DNA of 50,136 nt from Flavobacteriales bacterium (lineage in GTDB: Bacteria; Bacteroidota; Bacteroidia; Flavobacteriales_F; PHOS-HE28), in contig JAGQVR010000002.1 of assembly GCA_020437875.1 (NCBI GenBank), forward strand, positions 1 to 50,136. Direction: 5' to 3'. The position numbers and the translations under genes are program-made. Below are positions 16,989 through 25,302 of this stretch, one piece after another. Within the stretch, counting starts at the first letter, position 1; each line of letters starts with the position of its first letter. The notes beneath the pieces are model-generated. The model was not told where the DNA came from. It saw nothing but the letters and a program-made list of their open reading frames with translations, and did no database searches.

Positions 16989-18239
16989 ATGAACCTCCCG
17001 CTCCTCTTCGCCCGCCGTTACCTCTTCGCCAAGCGGAGCACCAACGCAATCAATATCATCACCGCCATCAGCATCCTGGTGATCGCGGTGGTCACCGCCG
17101 CCATGGTGGTGGTATTGAGCACCCTGAACGGCATCTCGGACCTCGTCGACACCATCTACAGCCCCTTTGACCAGGACCTGACGATCACACCGGCGGAAGG
17201 CAAGACCTTCGACCGCAAGGACATCGACGTGGAACAGGTGCTCGCCCTGCCCGAAGTGAGGAATACGAGCTGGGTGATCGAGGAGAACGTACTGTTGCGC
17301 AATGGGGATCAGCGGCGCGTGGCCACCATGAAGGGCGTGGAGGACCAGTACCTCTCCATGAGCCACATGCAGCGATACCTGTACAGTGGCGAAGCGACCT
17401 TCGAGGGACTGACCGGACCGGCCGCCTTGCTCGGCATCGGCCTGAAGATGGACCTCGGCGTGCCCATGGATGATGGGGTGTTCCAACCGCTGGAGATCAG
17501 CGCGCCGGTGCGTGGACGCAAGCTGAGCAAATACCAGCAGCGGGCCTTCGAGACCGTGGCCATGGCCGTTCGTGGCGTATTCACCATGAACCTCGACTTC
17601 GACGCGAAATACCTGCTCGTTCCCTTGTCCACCGCTGCGGAGTTGTTGCATTATGACAGCCTGACCGATGGACAGGCCGGTACCGTTAGTGCTCTTGAGA
17701 TCGAACTGACCGACAAGAAGCGGATGGACCCGGTGGCGGGGGTATTACGCGACCGGCTCGGCCCCTCGTTCATCGTGAAGACGCGTTACCAGAAGAACGC
17801 ACTGATGTACCGCACCAACGCGAGTGAGAAGGTCTTCACCTTCGCCGTGCTCAGCTTCATCGGGCTCATCGGGGCGTTCAACATCATCGCCTCGCTGACC
17901 ATGATGATGATCGAGAAGCGCCGCGACATGGGCACCATCACCGCCATGGGTGCGACTCCGGCGATGGTCCGCCGGATCTTCTTCAACGAGGGGTTGCTGA
18001 TCGTCGTGGTCGGTGTGGTGGCCGGGCTTTTGCTGGGCTTGGGCATCTGCCTGGCCCAACAGCATTACGGATTCGTGCAGCTGAGCGACTCCGTTGTGGA
18101 GGCCTATCCTGTGCATGTTCTGGGTACGGACCTTGTGTCCATCGCCGTGATGGTCTTCGCCATCGGATCGGTGGCGGCATGGATCCCCTTGCGCGCGCTC
18201 AGCAAGCGCTTCCTGGAGAGCGCGAAGACAACGGCCTGA
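16989..18239 (+). CDS. FtsX-family ABC transporter permease (LolC/LolE-like)
   Basis: 416-aa ORF. The N-terminus LLFARRYLFAKRSTNAINIIT is followed by a large periplasmic loop and three C-terminal TM segments, as in lipoprotein-release permeases. Confidence 0.85.
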   Translation: MNLPLLFARRYLFAKRSTNAINIITAISILVIAVVTAAMVVVLSTLNGISDLVDTIYSPFDQDLTITPAEGKTFDRKDIDVEQVLALPEVRNTSWVIEENVLLRNGDQRRVATMKGVEDQYLSMSHMQRYLYSGEATFEGLTGPAALLGIGLKMDLGVPMDDGVFQPLEISAPVRGRKLSKYQQRAFETVAMAVRGVFTMNLDFDAKYLLVPLSTAAELLHYDSLTDGQAGTVSALEIELTDKKRMDPVAGVLRDRLGPSFIVKTRYQKNALMYRTNASEKVFTFAVLSFIGLIGAFNIIASLTMMMIEKRRDMGTITAMGATPAMVRRIFFNEGLLIVVVGVVAGLLLGLGICLAQQHYGFVQLSDSVVEAYPVHVLGTDLVSIAVMVFAIGSVAAWIPLRALSKRFLESAKTTA

Positions 18240-18255
18240 CGGATCGGTCAAGTCC

Positions 18256-19248
18256 TCAAGCCACCGAAGCCAGCTCGTAGGTCGCCTTCACCTCGTCCAG
18301 GATCTCCTCCAGGATCGCAGGCTCGCGCTCGGTGCAGAGACGCAGGCGCACCTCCTTCACATTCGGCAGGCCTTTGAGGTAATTGCCATAGTGGCGTCGC
18401 ATTTCCACCACACCCTCCCATGGACCTTTCCAGGCCAGCGAACTGCGGAGGTGTTCACGCGCCGCCTCCACCCGGTCCGTGATCGAGGGCTGGGGCAGGT
18501 GCTCACCGGTGCGGATGAAGTGTTTGATCTCGTTGAATATGAACGGATGACCGATGGTCGCACGGCCGATCATCACACCGTCCACGCCATAACGGTCGCG
18601 ATACTCCACGGCTTTCTCCGGCGAATCGATGTCACCGTTACCGAAGATGGGGATCCCGATCCGCGGATTGTTCTTCACCTCACCAATCAGGGTCCAATCA
18701 GCAGGGCCTTTGTACAGTTGTGCCCGCGTGCGGCCATGGATGCTCAACGCCTGGATGCCGACATCCTGCAGACGCTCGGCCACCTCCATGATGTTCTTGG
18801 TGGCATCGTTCCAACCCAGGCGGGTCTTCACCGTCACCGGTAGCTTAACGGCCTTCACCACCTTCTCGGTGAGACGGACCATCTTGTCCACATCCTGAAG
18901 TAGGCAGGCACCGGCACCCTTGCTCACCACCTTGTGCACCGGGCATCCATAGTTGATGTCGATGAGTTCAGGTCCGGCCTCCTCCGCGATGCGCGCCGCC
19001 TCCTCCATCGCATCCTCGCTGCCGCCGAAGAGCTGGATGCCAATGGGCCGTTCGGACTCGAAGATGTCCAGCTTCTTGAGCCCTTTAGCGGCCTTGCGGA
19101 TCAGGCCCTCGCTGCTGATGAACTCGGTGAACATCAGGTCGGCACCGTGCTTCTTGCACAAGGCCCGGAACGGCGGATCGCTCACATCCTCCATGGGTGC
19201 GAGCAGGAGCGGGAACTCCGGTAGTTCGATGGGGCCGATGCGGACCAT
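18256..19248 (-). CDS. dusB: tRNA-dihydrouridine synthase (DusB-like)
   Basis: FPLLLAPMEDVSDPPFR, DINYGCP and HGRTR motifs are present. I chose ATG 19248 because the ORF-track TTG start at 19266 lies inside the TACCTTTG box. Confidence 0.88.
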   Translation of the reverse strand: MVRIGPIELPEFPLLLAPMEDVSDPPFRALCKKHGADLMFTEFISSEGLIRKAAKGLKKLDIFESERPIGIQLFGGSEDAMEEAARIAEEAGPELIDINYGCPVHKVVSKGAGACLLQDVDKMVRLTEKVVKAVKLPVTVKTRLGWNDATKNIMEVAERLQDVGIQALSIHGRTRAQLYKGPADWTLIGEVKNNPRIGIPIFGNGDIDSPEKAVEYRDRYGVDGVMIGRATIGHPFIFNEIKHFIRTGEHLPQPSITDRVEAAREHLRSSLAWKGPWEGVVEMRRHYGNYLKGLPNVKEVRLRLCTEREPAILEEILDEVKATYELASVA

Positions 19249-19263
19249 GCTGAAAACAGCTTG

Positions 19264-19318
19264 CAAAGGTAGGGAAGTGCGTTCCGGACGTTGGAAGTGG
19301 CGTCTTTCACTATTTTCG
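19264..19318. promoter_or_regulatory. Divergent candidate -7 boxes for dusB (minus, TACCTTTG, 19264..19271) and tRNA-Ser (plus, TATTTTCG, 19311..19318)
   Basis: The dusB box is an exact consensus match 15 nt from its ATG. The tRNA box is 10 nt upstream of tRNA position 1. Confidence 0.4.
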
Positions 19319-19328
19319 CGGCCCCACT

Positions 19329-19415
19329 GGAGAGATGGCCGAGTGGTTTAAGGCGCACGCCTGGAAAGTGTGTTTACCTGAAAGGGTAACGGGGGTTCGA
19401 ATCCCTCTCTCTCCG
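19329..19415 (+). tRNA. tRNA-Ser (anticodon GGA)
   Basis: The 87-nt sequence GGAGAGATGGCCGAGTGGTTTAAGGCGCACGCCTGGAAAGTGTGTTTACCTGAAAGGGTAACGGGGGTTCGAATCCCTCTCTCTCCG folds as follows. The 7-bp acceptor is GGAGAGA/TCTCTCC. The anticodon stem is CACGC/GTGTG with loop CTGGAAA. There is a long variable arm and a T-arm GGGGG-TTCGAAT-CCCTC. It closely resembles E. coli tRNA-Ser(GGA). CCA is not fully encoded. Confidence 0.95.
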
Positions 19416-19425
19416 CCGATCAAAT

Positions 19426-19458
19426 GCCGTCAGTGCCGCAAGGCACGGCGGCTTTTTC
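19426..19458 (+). terminator. Intrinsic terminator after tRNA-Ser
   Basis: The GC-rich hairpin GCCG..GTGCC-GCAA-GGCAC..CGGC is followed by TTTTTC. Confidence 0.6.
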
Positions 19459-19559
19459 ATTCTCCAGCGAGCCGAACAAAGTTCGAGCGAGCGGGAGGAT
19501 GAAAAGGCCGGTGACCGCGAAGCGTGCACAAGGCTTTTGTTCGAAGCCTCACCCCTCCC

Positions 19560-19596
19560 GGGAAAGCCCGCTTCGGGCAATCCCTCTCTCTCCGCC
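19560..19596 (+). repeat. Degenerate copy B of the tRNA-Ser 3' end (pseudo-T-arm plus exact acceptor 3' strand)
   Basis: GGGAAAGCCCGCTTCGGGCAATCCCTCTCTCTCCGCC. The last 16 nt are identical to tRNA positions 19402..19417. It is followed by the hairpin AAGCCGCCC-CGCAA-GGGCGGCTT and TCTTCGTTC. Confidence 0.8.
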
Positions 19597-19725
19597 AAGA
19601 TGAAAGCCGCCCCGCAAGGGCGGCTTCTTCGTTCGGACCAGCACCAAGCGGAGCTTGGGTGATGAGAGGAACGAAGAAGCAAGTGAGCAAAGCGAACTCG
19701 GCTTTCGTCTTGATGCCCCCCTTCT

Positions 19726-19768
19726 GGGAAAGCCTGCTTCGCGCGATCCCTCTCTCTCCGCCGATCAA
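19726..19768 (+). repeat. Degenerate copy C of the tRNA-Ser 3' end, including the post-tRNA GATCAA
   Basis: GGGAAAGCCTGCTTCGCGCGATCCCTCTCTCTCCGCCGATCAA matches copy B at 34/37 positions. Its last 22 nt are identical to 19402..19423. The ansA stop codon (19765..19767) lies inside it. Confidence 0.8.
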
Positions 19769-20817
19769 CCTGCACTGCCCGGTCTTGTCCAGGCACTGAC
19801 CTCCCCGCACAACGGGGTTCCGAAAGCGGTGGCCAAGGCCGATCCATCATGCCCTTGCCCCAGCAGGAACATCAACTTCGTCACCGCAGCCTCCACGGTC
19901 ATGTCCCCGGCACTAAGCACCCCCAATTCCACAAAGGCCTGGCTCGTGACATAACGGCCCTGCTCCACCCTGCCCCCGAAGCACTGCGTGGCGTTCACCA
20001 CGGTGATACCCCGCTCCGTGGCCTCACCTAGCGCCGCGATGAACCCGGGGTCCGTAGGGCCGTTGCCGCTACCAAAGGTCGTGAGCACCACGGCCTTCAG
20101 GCCTGGCGTGCCCAGCGCATGCCGCACCCATTCCGCCTGGATACCTGGGAACAAACGGATCACGCCAACGCTGTTATCCATACGCTCATGGACCTTCAGC
20201 CCGGAGGCACGGAGCGGAAGTATGGCAGCACGATCATACTTCAGGTGAACACCCGCTTCAGCCAGTCGTGGGTAGTTCGGCGAGCGGAAGGCTTCGAACC
20301 GTTCGGCATGCACTTTCACGGTCCGGTTCCCGCGATAGAGGCTGTATTCGAAATAGACGGCCACCTCGGGCACAGTGGCCCGCCCCTGCTCGTTACAAGC
20401 AGCCGCCACCTCGATCGCGGTGATCAGGTTCTCCTTGGCGTCGGTGCGGATGGTTCCGATCGGCAGCTGTGATCCCGTGAGGATCACCGGTTTGGTCAGC
20501 CCCTCGAGCAGGAAGCTGAGCGCACTTGCCGTGTAGGCCATCGTGTCGCTGCCATGCAGCACGACGAACCCATCGTACGCGTCGAAGTGCTCCCCGATGA
20601 TCCGCGCTATCCGCACCCAGTCCGCCGGCTGCATATCGCTGCTGTCGATCGGCCGGTCGAAGGACTCCGCACCGAGTCGCACCTTCATCCGATCCAATTC
20701 CGGCACCTGCTCCTCCAGATGAGCCAGGTCCATGGGGTGCAAGGCACCACTGCGTGGATCGGCCACCATACCGATGGTCCCCCCTGTGTAGATGATCAGG
20801 ACGGAGCGTTGGCTCAT
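19765..20817 (-). CDS. ansA: L-asparaginase, type I (cytoplasmic)
   Basis: 350-aa ORF. The N-terminus VLIIYTGGTIGM carries the catalytic Thr motif. HGSDTMAYTASAL is present. Length is typical for type I asparaginase. Confidence 0.9.
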   Translation of the reverse strand: MSQRSVLIIYTGGTIGMVADPRSGALHPMDLAHLEEQVPELDRMKVRLGAESFDRPIDSSDMQPADWVRIARIIGEHFDAYDGFVVLHGSDTMAYTASALSFLLEGLTKPVILTGSQLPIGTIRTDAKENLITAIEVAAACNEQGRATVPEVAVYFEYSLYRGNRTVKVHAERFEAFRSPNYPRLAEAGVHLKYDRAAILPLRASGLKVHERMDNSVGVIRLFPGIQAEWVRHALGTPGLKAVVLTTFGSGNGPTDPGFIAALGEATERGITVVNATQCFGGRVEQGRYVTSQAFVELGVLSAGDMTVEAAVTKLMFLLGQGHDGSALATAFGTPLCGEVSAWTRPGSAG

Positions 20818-21611
20818 CGGTGGAAGAGGCGTTCGGCGTTGGCGGTGGTGATCGCGGCGATCTCCGCCACAGTCCGTCCTGTGGCCAGGGCGAGCTTCTC
20901 AGCGATGTGCGGGATGTAGGCACTTTCGTTCCTCTTCCCCCGGTACGGGACCGGAGCGAGATAAGGCGCATCGGTCTCCAGCACACAATGCTCGGGTCCG
21001 ACCACCTGCATCGTCTCGAACAGCCCTCCCTTCGGATAAGTGATCACGCCACCGATGCCCAGCATGAATCCGCCCAATGCGATGATCCTCTGCGCTTCAC
21101 CGGGAGAGCCGGTGAAGCAGTGGAACACCCCGCGCAAAGCATCGGTGTTCTCCTCCTCCACGATACGGATGGTCTCAGCGAAACTGTTGCGGCAATGGAT
21201 CACGATCGGCAGGTCCAGTTCCTTGGCCCAGCGGACCTGCTGCCTGAAGACCTGCTGTTGCTGATCGATCCAGGTCTTGTCCCAGTAAAGATCGATCCCG
21301 ATCTCGCCCACCGCACAGTAGCGCCCGGTGCGCAAGAGGCGCTCCACCTCCGCCATCGCCGCATCGTTCGTCTCACCGACCGAACAGGGATGAAGACCCA
21401 TCATCGGGAAACAGGTATCCGGGTGTGCGGCGGCGAGCGCATCCATGACCTCGATGCTCTCGTGATCAACGTTCGGCAGGTAGAGCCTGCCCACGCCAGC
21501 GGCAATGGCACGCTCGAGCATGGCCTCGCGGTCGCTCGCGAACTGCTGGTGGTACAGGTGTGCGTGGGTATCGATGAACACATCGGCGAAGATATCATGA
21601 CCTGCGCCCAT
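20814..21611 (-). CDS. TatD-family metal-dependent hydrolase
   Basis: FIDTHAHLY is at the N-terminus. Motifs like IGEIGLDYY (GEIGIDLYWD), HCR and DAPYL follow. The start is uncertain: ATG 21611 is preferred and the ORF-track start is 21671. The stop overlaps the ansA start by 4 nt. Confidence 0.85.
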   Translation of the reverse strand: MGAGHDIFADVFIDTHAHLYHQQFASDREAMLERAIAAGVGRLYLPNVDHESIEVMDALAAAHPDTCFPMMGLHPCSVGETNDAAMAEVERLLRTGRYCAVGEIGIDLYWDKTWIDQQQQVFRQQVRWAKELDLPIVIHCRNSFAETIRIVEEENTDALRGVFHCFTGSPGEAQRIIALGGFMLGIGGVITYPKGGLFETMQVVGPEHCVLETDAPYLAPVPYRGKRNESAYIPHIAEKLALATGRTVAEIAAITTANAERLFHR

Positions 21612-21678
21612 GTGGGCCTCCAGCTCAGGCCGGAGAAGCCGTGCACATGCGGACATCATCGCTGCTCGCATCCTCGGC

Positions 21679-21686
21679 TACTTTTG
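21679..21686 (+). promoter_or_regulatory. Candidate -7 promoter box (TACTTTTG, exact consensus) for the GT9 gene
   Basis: Exact TAnnTTTG in the tatD/GT9 divergent gap, 60 nt upstream of ATG 21747. Confidence 0.35.
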
Positions 21687-21746
21687 GGCGCGGCCAGGGG
21701 CAGCCGTGGGTTCCATGCCCACATGCTCATTTGATCGCATGTCTGC

Positions 21747-22721
21747 ATGAAAGTCCTCGTCCTGCGTTTCTCCTCCATCGGCGATATCGTGCTCACCAGC
21801 CCGGTCCTGCGCGGTCTGAAGCAACAGGTCCAGGGAGCCGAGGTGCATGTGGCGACCAAGGCCGCCTTCGCGGACCTCGTGCGCTTCAACCCGCATGTGG
21901 ACAAGGTGCATGAACTGAAGGATGACCTCGGCGACCTGATCCGGCGGCTGAAGGCCGAGGGCTTCGACGCTATCATCGACCTGCACCACAACCTCCGTAC
22001 TTCCCGCGTGAAGCGGGCTTTGGGCGTGCGGTCGAGCAGCTTCCCCAAGCTGAACATCGAGAAGTGGCTGATGGTGAACTTCAAGGTGGATCGTCTGCCG
22101 AAGGAACACATCGTGGACCGATACTTCCGCGCCGTCAAGGACCTTGGGGTCCACAACGACCAAGCCGGTCTGGAACTCTTCATCCCTCCTGAACGCGAGA
22201 TCGGTCTTGACCAGCTGCCAGAGGGGCATCGACCCGGCTACACCGCCCTGGCCATCGGCGCAGCGCATGCCACCAAGCGGCTACCACCACACAAGCTTGT
22301 CGAGCTCGCCCACCTTATCCAAGGACCTATCGTGTTGGTCGGTGGCAAGGAGGACCAGGAGGTGGCGCGCCATATCGCTTCGACCGTTGGAGGCCGTGTG
22401 TTCGATGCCTCAGGCCTCTTTGACATCCTGGGCAGTGCCTCGCTGATCCGGCAGGCTTCTCGCGTGATCGCACACGACAGCGGTGCGATGCACATCGCTG
22501 CGGCATTCAAGCGGCCTGTGATGAGCGTATGGGGCAATACCATCCCGGAGTTCGGCATGGGGCCCTACGTCCCGACCAATCCGGATCGTGCACGGATCGC
22601 CCAGGTGCAACTCCCCTGTCGACCCTGCTCCAAGATCGGCCACGAGCGCTGTCCAGAAGGACATTTCCGGTGCATGGAGGACCAGGATCTCGTCGCCATC
22701 GCCACCTTCGCTGCCGAATGA
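21747..22721 (+). CDS. Glycosyltransferase family 9 (heptosyltransferase-like)
   Basis: 324-aa ORF. MKVLVLRFSSIGDIVLTSPVLRGLK is the GT9 N-terminal signature. The C-terminus has DSGAMHIAAA. Confidence 0.85.
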   Translation: MKVLVLRFSSIGDIVLTSPVLRGLKQQVQGAEVHVATKAAFADLVRFNPHVDKVHELKDDLGDLIRRLKAEGFDAIIDLHHNLRTSRVKRALGVRSSSFPKLNIEKWLMVNFKVDRLPKEHIVDRYFRAVKDLGVHNDQAGLELFIPPEREIGLDQLPEGHRPGYTALAIGAAHATKRLPPHKLVELAHLIQGPIVLVGGKEDQEVARHIASTVGGRVFDASGLFDILGSASLIRQASRVIAHDSGAMHIAAAFKRPVMSVWGNTIPEFGMGPYVPTNPDRARIAQVQLPCRPCSKIGHERCPEGHFRCMEDQDLVAIATFAAE

Positions 22722-23080
22722 GCTGGGACATCTTCATCCAGGACCTGCCGGACGTGCCTTCCATCAACGACGTTCCGGCCACGCACAAGCCCAAGCCGAT
22801 CGGTGATCGTACGGGGATCATCCGGAAGATCAAGGAAGCGGTGCCCTTCGCCGAGGAGCAGGACCACGACTGGCTCTTCATCCGCCAGCCGGGTTACGAC
22901 ATCAGCATGCAGTTGCACATGGAGGACAGGGAGACCGTGCGCTACATCGTGGCCCATGTGCATGGTGGCGACCAGAGCGCGATCTGTGTGGCGGCCATCC
23001 TGCGGGCACTCGACCTGCGCGCGCATGACACCGAGACCGGCGAACTCTTCGACGGCAACAGCCTGGACGAAAGTCTCTAG
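22718..23080 (+). CDS. Hypothetical cytoplasmic protein (120 aa)
   Basis: It starts with MSWDIFIQDLPDV at an ATGA overlap with the GT9 stop. Third codon positions look G/C-rich. No family is recognised. The ORF-track version (22529) adds an overlapping N-terminal extension that I reject. Confidence 0.55.
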   Translation: MSWDIFIQDLPDVPSINDVPATHKPKPIGDRTGIIRKIKEAVPFAEEQDHDWLFIRQPGYDISMQLHMEDRETVRYIVAHVHGGDQSAICVAAILRALDLRAHDTETGELFDGNSLDESL

Positions 23081-23604
23081 GACTTCGTCTCTGTGAAGAG
23101 CGCTTTCAGTTCGTTCGCATCCGCCGCCTTCATCTTGCCGCTCAGGATGAGCCGCAGCTGGCGACGCCGCAGTGCGCCATCGTAACGTCGCTGCTCCTCA
23201 TCATCCTGCGGGACGACGTCGGGAACGGTACAGGAACGTCCCGCCTGGTCGATCGCGACGAAGGTGTAGATGGCGCTGGTCACCATGATCTTCTCACCGG
23301 TCTGCTGATCCTCCACCCATACATCAGCCCACACTTCCATGCTGGTGCTGAATCCACGGCTCACATGGCTCTTGATCGTGACGAAGTCGCCCAGTTTGAT
23401 CGGCCGGTCGAAGCCGACATGATTGACCGCCACCGTGACCGCCAACCGCTTGCAGTGCCGGTGCGCACTGATCGCGCAATTGATGTCGAGCCACTTGAGC
23501 AACTGCCCACCGAAGAGATTGCCCAGGGTATTGGTGTCGTTGGGCAACACGAGGTGGGTGGTCTCGGCGTAGCTATCGCTGGTGGGTCGTGGGGCTCGGA
23601 TCAT
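23077..23604 (-). CDS. Acyl-CoA thioesterase (hotdog fold)
   Basis: 175-aa ORF. THLVLPNDTNTLGNLFGGQLLKWLD is the acyl-CoA thioester hydrolase motif. Confidence 0.88.
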   Translation of the reverse strand: MIRAPRPTSDSYAETTHLVLPNDTNTLGNLFGGQLLKWLDINCAISAHRHCKRLAVTVAVNHVGFDRPIKLGDFVTIKSHVSRGFSTSMEVWADVWVEDQQTGEKIMVTSAIYTFVAIDQAGRSCTVPDVVPQDDEEQRRYDGALRRRQLRLILSGKMKAADANELKALFTETKS

Positions 23605-23611
23605 CGCGGCG

Positions 23612-23643
23612 CGAAGGTAGAGCGCCGGGCACCGCTACCTTTG
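23612..23643. promoter_or_regulatory. Divergent candidate -7 boxes for the thioesterase (minus, TACCTTCG, 23612..23619) and the hemJ-like gene (plus, TACCTTTG, 23636..23643)
   Basis: The mirror pair is CGAAGGTAG...CTACCTTTG. Spacers to the ATGs are 7 nt (23604) and 10 nt (23654). Confidence 0.45.
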
Positions 23644-23653
23644 ATCGAACCCC

Positions 23654-24220
23654 ATGGAGCCGACGACCACCGAGATCCCCGCCTTGTTGCAGGCCCTGCA
23701 ACTGTTCGCCCTGGTGGTCTTCTTCGCCGGCACCTTCCACATCGTCCGGCTGTTCGTGGCGCACCGCTCGGCCATGGCGAAGTGGGAACCGGACCGGAAG
23801 ATCCTGCTTGACCAGTTCACTGCCATGGAACGTCGTGCCCTCTACTTCTTGAACTGGCCGGCCCTGGCCACCTTCCTTGCGCTGGGAGGGTGGATGCTCT
23901 ACCTCCAGCCCGCCATGCTGAAACAGCCGTTCATGCACGTGCTTCTCGGCTACACGGCACTGCTGATCGCGTACCATCTCTCCATCCATCAGCTCCAACG
24001 TCGTCTTCAGCGCGGTGAGATGAGGTGGTCCGCTTGGCAGATCGGGTTGTGGGCGCAGGGTGCCACGCTCCTCCTCTTCGTCCTGGTGCTACTGCTCATC
24101 TTCCGCGATCATATGGGTTGGGTGTGGGGCTCGGTGGGCCTGCTCATCGTCGGTGCCGTTGTGATGCTCATACTCAGCCGGATGCGCGGATCCGCGCCGG
24201 ATTCACCCAAGGATGCTTGA
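23654..24220 (+). CDS. hemJ: HemJ-like protoporphyrinogen IX oxidase / CopD-family membrane protein
   Basis: 188-aa, 4-5 TM protein. VVFFAGTFHIVRLFVAH, then MERRALYFLNWPA, parallels the HemJ pattern (WFAGLFYLPRLFVYH ... M.rrL...i..PA). Confidence 0.6.
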   Translation: MEPTTTEIPALLQALQLFALVVFFAGTFHIVRLFVAHRSAMAKWEPDRKILLDQFTAMERRALYFLNWPALATFLALGGWMLYLQPAMLKQPFMHVLLGYTALLIAYHLSIHQLQRRLQRGEMRWSAWQIGLWAQGATLLLFVLVLLLIFRDHMGWVWGSVGLLIVGAVVMLILSRMRGSAPDSPKDA

Positions 24221-24671
24221 ACCTGGCACGATAGCCCCACCCTTCGAACTCCCTGACCAGAGCGGCGAGACCGTATCGCTGAACGCACTGCTGGGCAGGA
24301 ACAATGTGGTGCTCTTCTTCTACCCGAAGGACAATACGATGGTGTGCACCCTGGAGGTGTGCGCCTTCCGCGATGCGCACGATGAGCTCCTGGAAGAGGA
24401 TGCGGTGGTGCTCGGGATCAGCAGTGATCCGGTCGACTCGCACCTCCACTTCGCGGAACGCTGGAAACTGCCCTACCGGCTATTGGCCGACAAGGACAGT
24501 GCGGTGCGCAAGGCCTATGACATCCCGAAGACCTTCGGATTGTTCCCCGGCCGGGTCACCTACGTCATCGACAAGGAAGGCATGATCCGCAGTGCGGTGA
24601 ACGACCCGTTGCGGGCGTCCCACCATGTGCGCATGGCGCTGCGGTCGCTCAAAGCTCAGCGCACCTCGTAG
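24213..24671 (+). CDS. bcp: Thioredoxin-dependent thiol peroxidase (Bcp-type peroxiredoxin)
   Basis: 152-aa ORF. FFYPKDNTMVCTLEVCAFRD carries the peroxidatic Cys motif. It overlaps the hemJ-like stop by 8 nt. Confidence 0.88.
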   Translation: MLEPGTIAPPFELPDQSGETVSLNALLGRNNVVLFFYPKDNTMVCTLEVCAFRDAHDELLEEDAVVLGISSDPVDSHLHFAERWKLPYRLLADKDSAVRKAYDIPKTFGLFPGRVTYVIDKEGMIRSAVNDPLRASHHVRMALRSLKAQRTS

Positions 24672-25300
24672 AAGAGCACACGTCCATCGTCCGTACCAAC
24701 GAGCAGCTGGTCCTCCCAAAGGAGCAAGGGGGCGCGGTGGTGCTGATCCTTGTTCTCCGGGTAACCGAGGGTCCGTTGCACTTTACCGTCCGGCCCGATG
24801 AAGTCGACCTTCCCATCCTTCACCGCACGCAGTGTCAGGTCTCCAACCTTCACCTCCTGCTGCTGGTAGAACCGATCGAAGGCCGAGTTGGACATCTCCA
24901 GACCCATCGCCTTCACCTGTCGCGGATCGGGGATCCAACGGTGTGGGGTGATCACCTTCTCCTGGTGCCCATCGGCCGCACTCCATACGGTCCGCTTCCC
25001 GCTCGGACCGATCAAGACCACGAACTCACCGTTGTCGTTGAAGCCGACGTGGTATACAGCCGTGGCGCCGTCCTCCCCGTATGCGAAGGTGTGGACCTTC
25101 TTGCCGCTCTCGATCTCGCACAGGACGGCACCGCTATTGGTGCCTGCCAGCACGCGGTCTCCTTTCGGAGCGATGGCCAGGGCCGTGACCTCCGCCTTGC
25201 CGACCTTGATGGTACGCGATGGGGAATCGGCGACCGATTGAGCGATGATGGGAAGGACCATGCCGGCCGAAAAGGCCAGCAACATTGAACGCAGCGTCAT
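24656..25300 (-). CDS. Secreted hypothetical protein with beta-propeller-like (WD40/PQQ-like) repeats
   Basis: 214-aa ORF. A signal peptide ends at IAQS. Repeated motifs such as LAGTNSGAVL and LVGTDDGRVLFYE suggest propeller blades. Confidence 0.55.
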   Translation of the reverse strand: MTLRSMLLAFSAGMVLPIIAQSVADSPSRTIKVGKAEVTALAIAPKGDRVLAGTNSGAVLCEIESGKKVHTFAYGEDGATAVYHVGFNDNGEFVVLIGPSGKRTVWSAADGHQEKVITPHRWIPDPRQVKAMGLEMSNSAFDRFYQQQEVKVGDLTLRAVKDGKVDFIGPDGKVQRTLGYPENKDQHHRAPLLLWEDQLLVGTDDGRVLFYEVR

Positions 25301-25302
25301 GA

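Noticed and set aside
19402-19768. The three direct repeats might be a CRISPR array.
   Set aside because: There are only three copies. The repeat is the tRNA 3' end itself. The spacing of 165-180 nt is far longer than CRISPR spacers. The spacers are related to each other, and there are no cas genes in the window.
19374-19954. ORFs of 91-158 aa cover the tRNA-Ser downstream repeat region: 19374..19850, 19457..19810, 19524..19799 and 19655..19954.
   Set aside because: They run through a tRNA gene, terminator hairpins and direct repeats. Their translations are Arg/Pro/Ser-rich with no motif. The region is better explained as non-coding repeat DNA plus the ansA 3' end.
19420-21700. An integrated genomic island or prophage might sit at tRNA-Ser.
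   Set aside because: The repeats enclose only about 350 bp. There is no integrase, transposase or phage gene. The adjacent genes (ansA, tatD-family, GT9) are ordinary housekeeping genes with typical composition.
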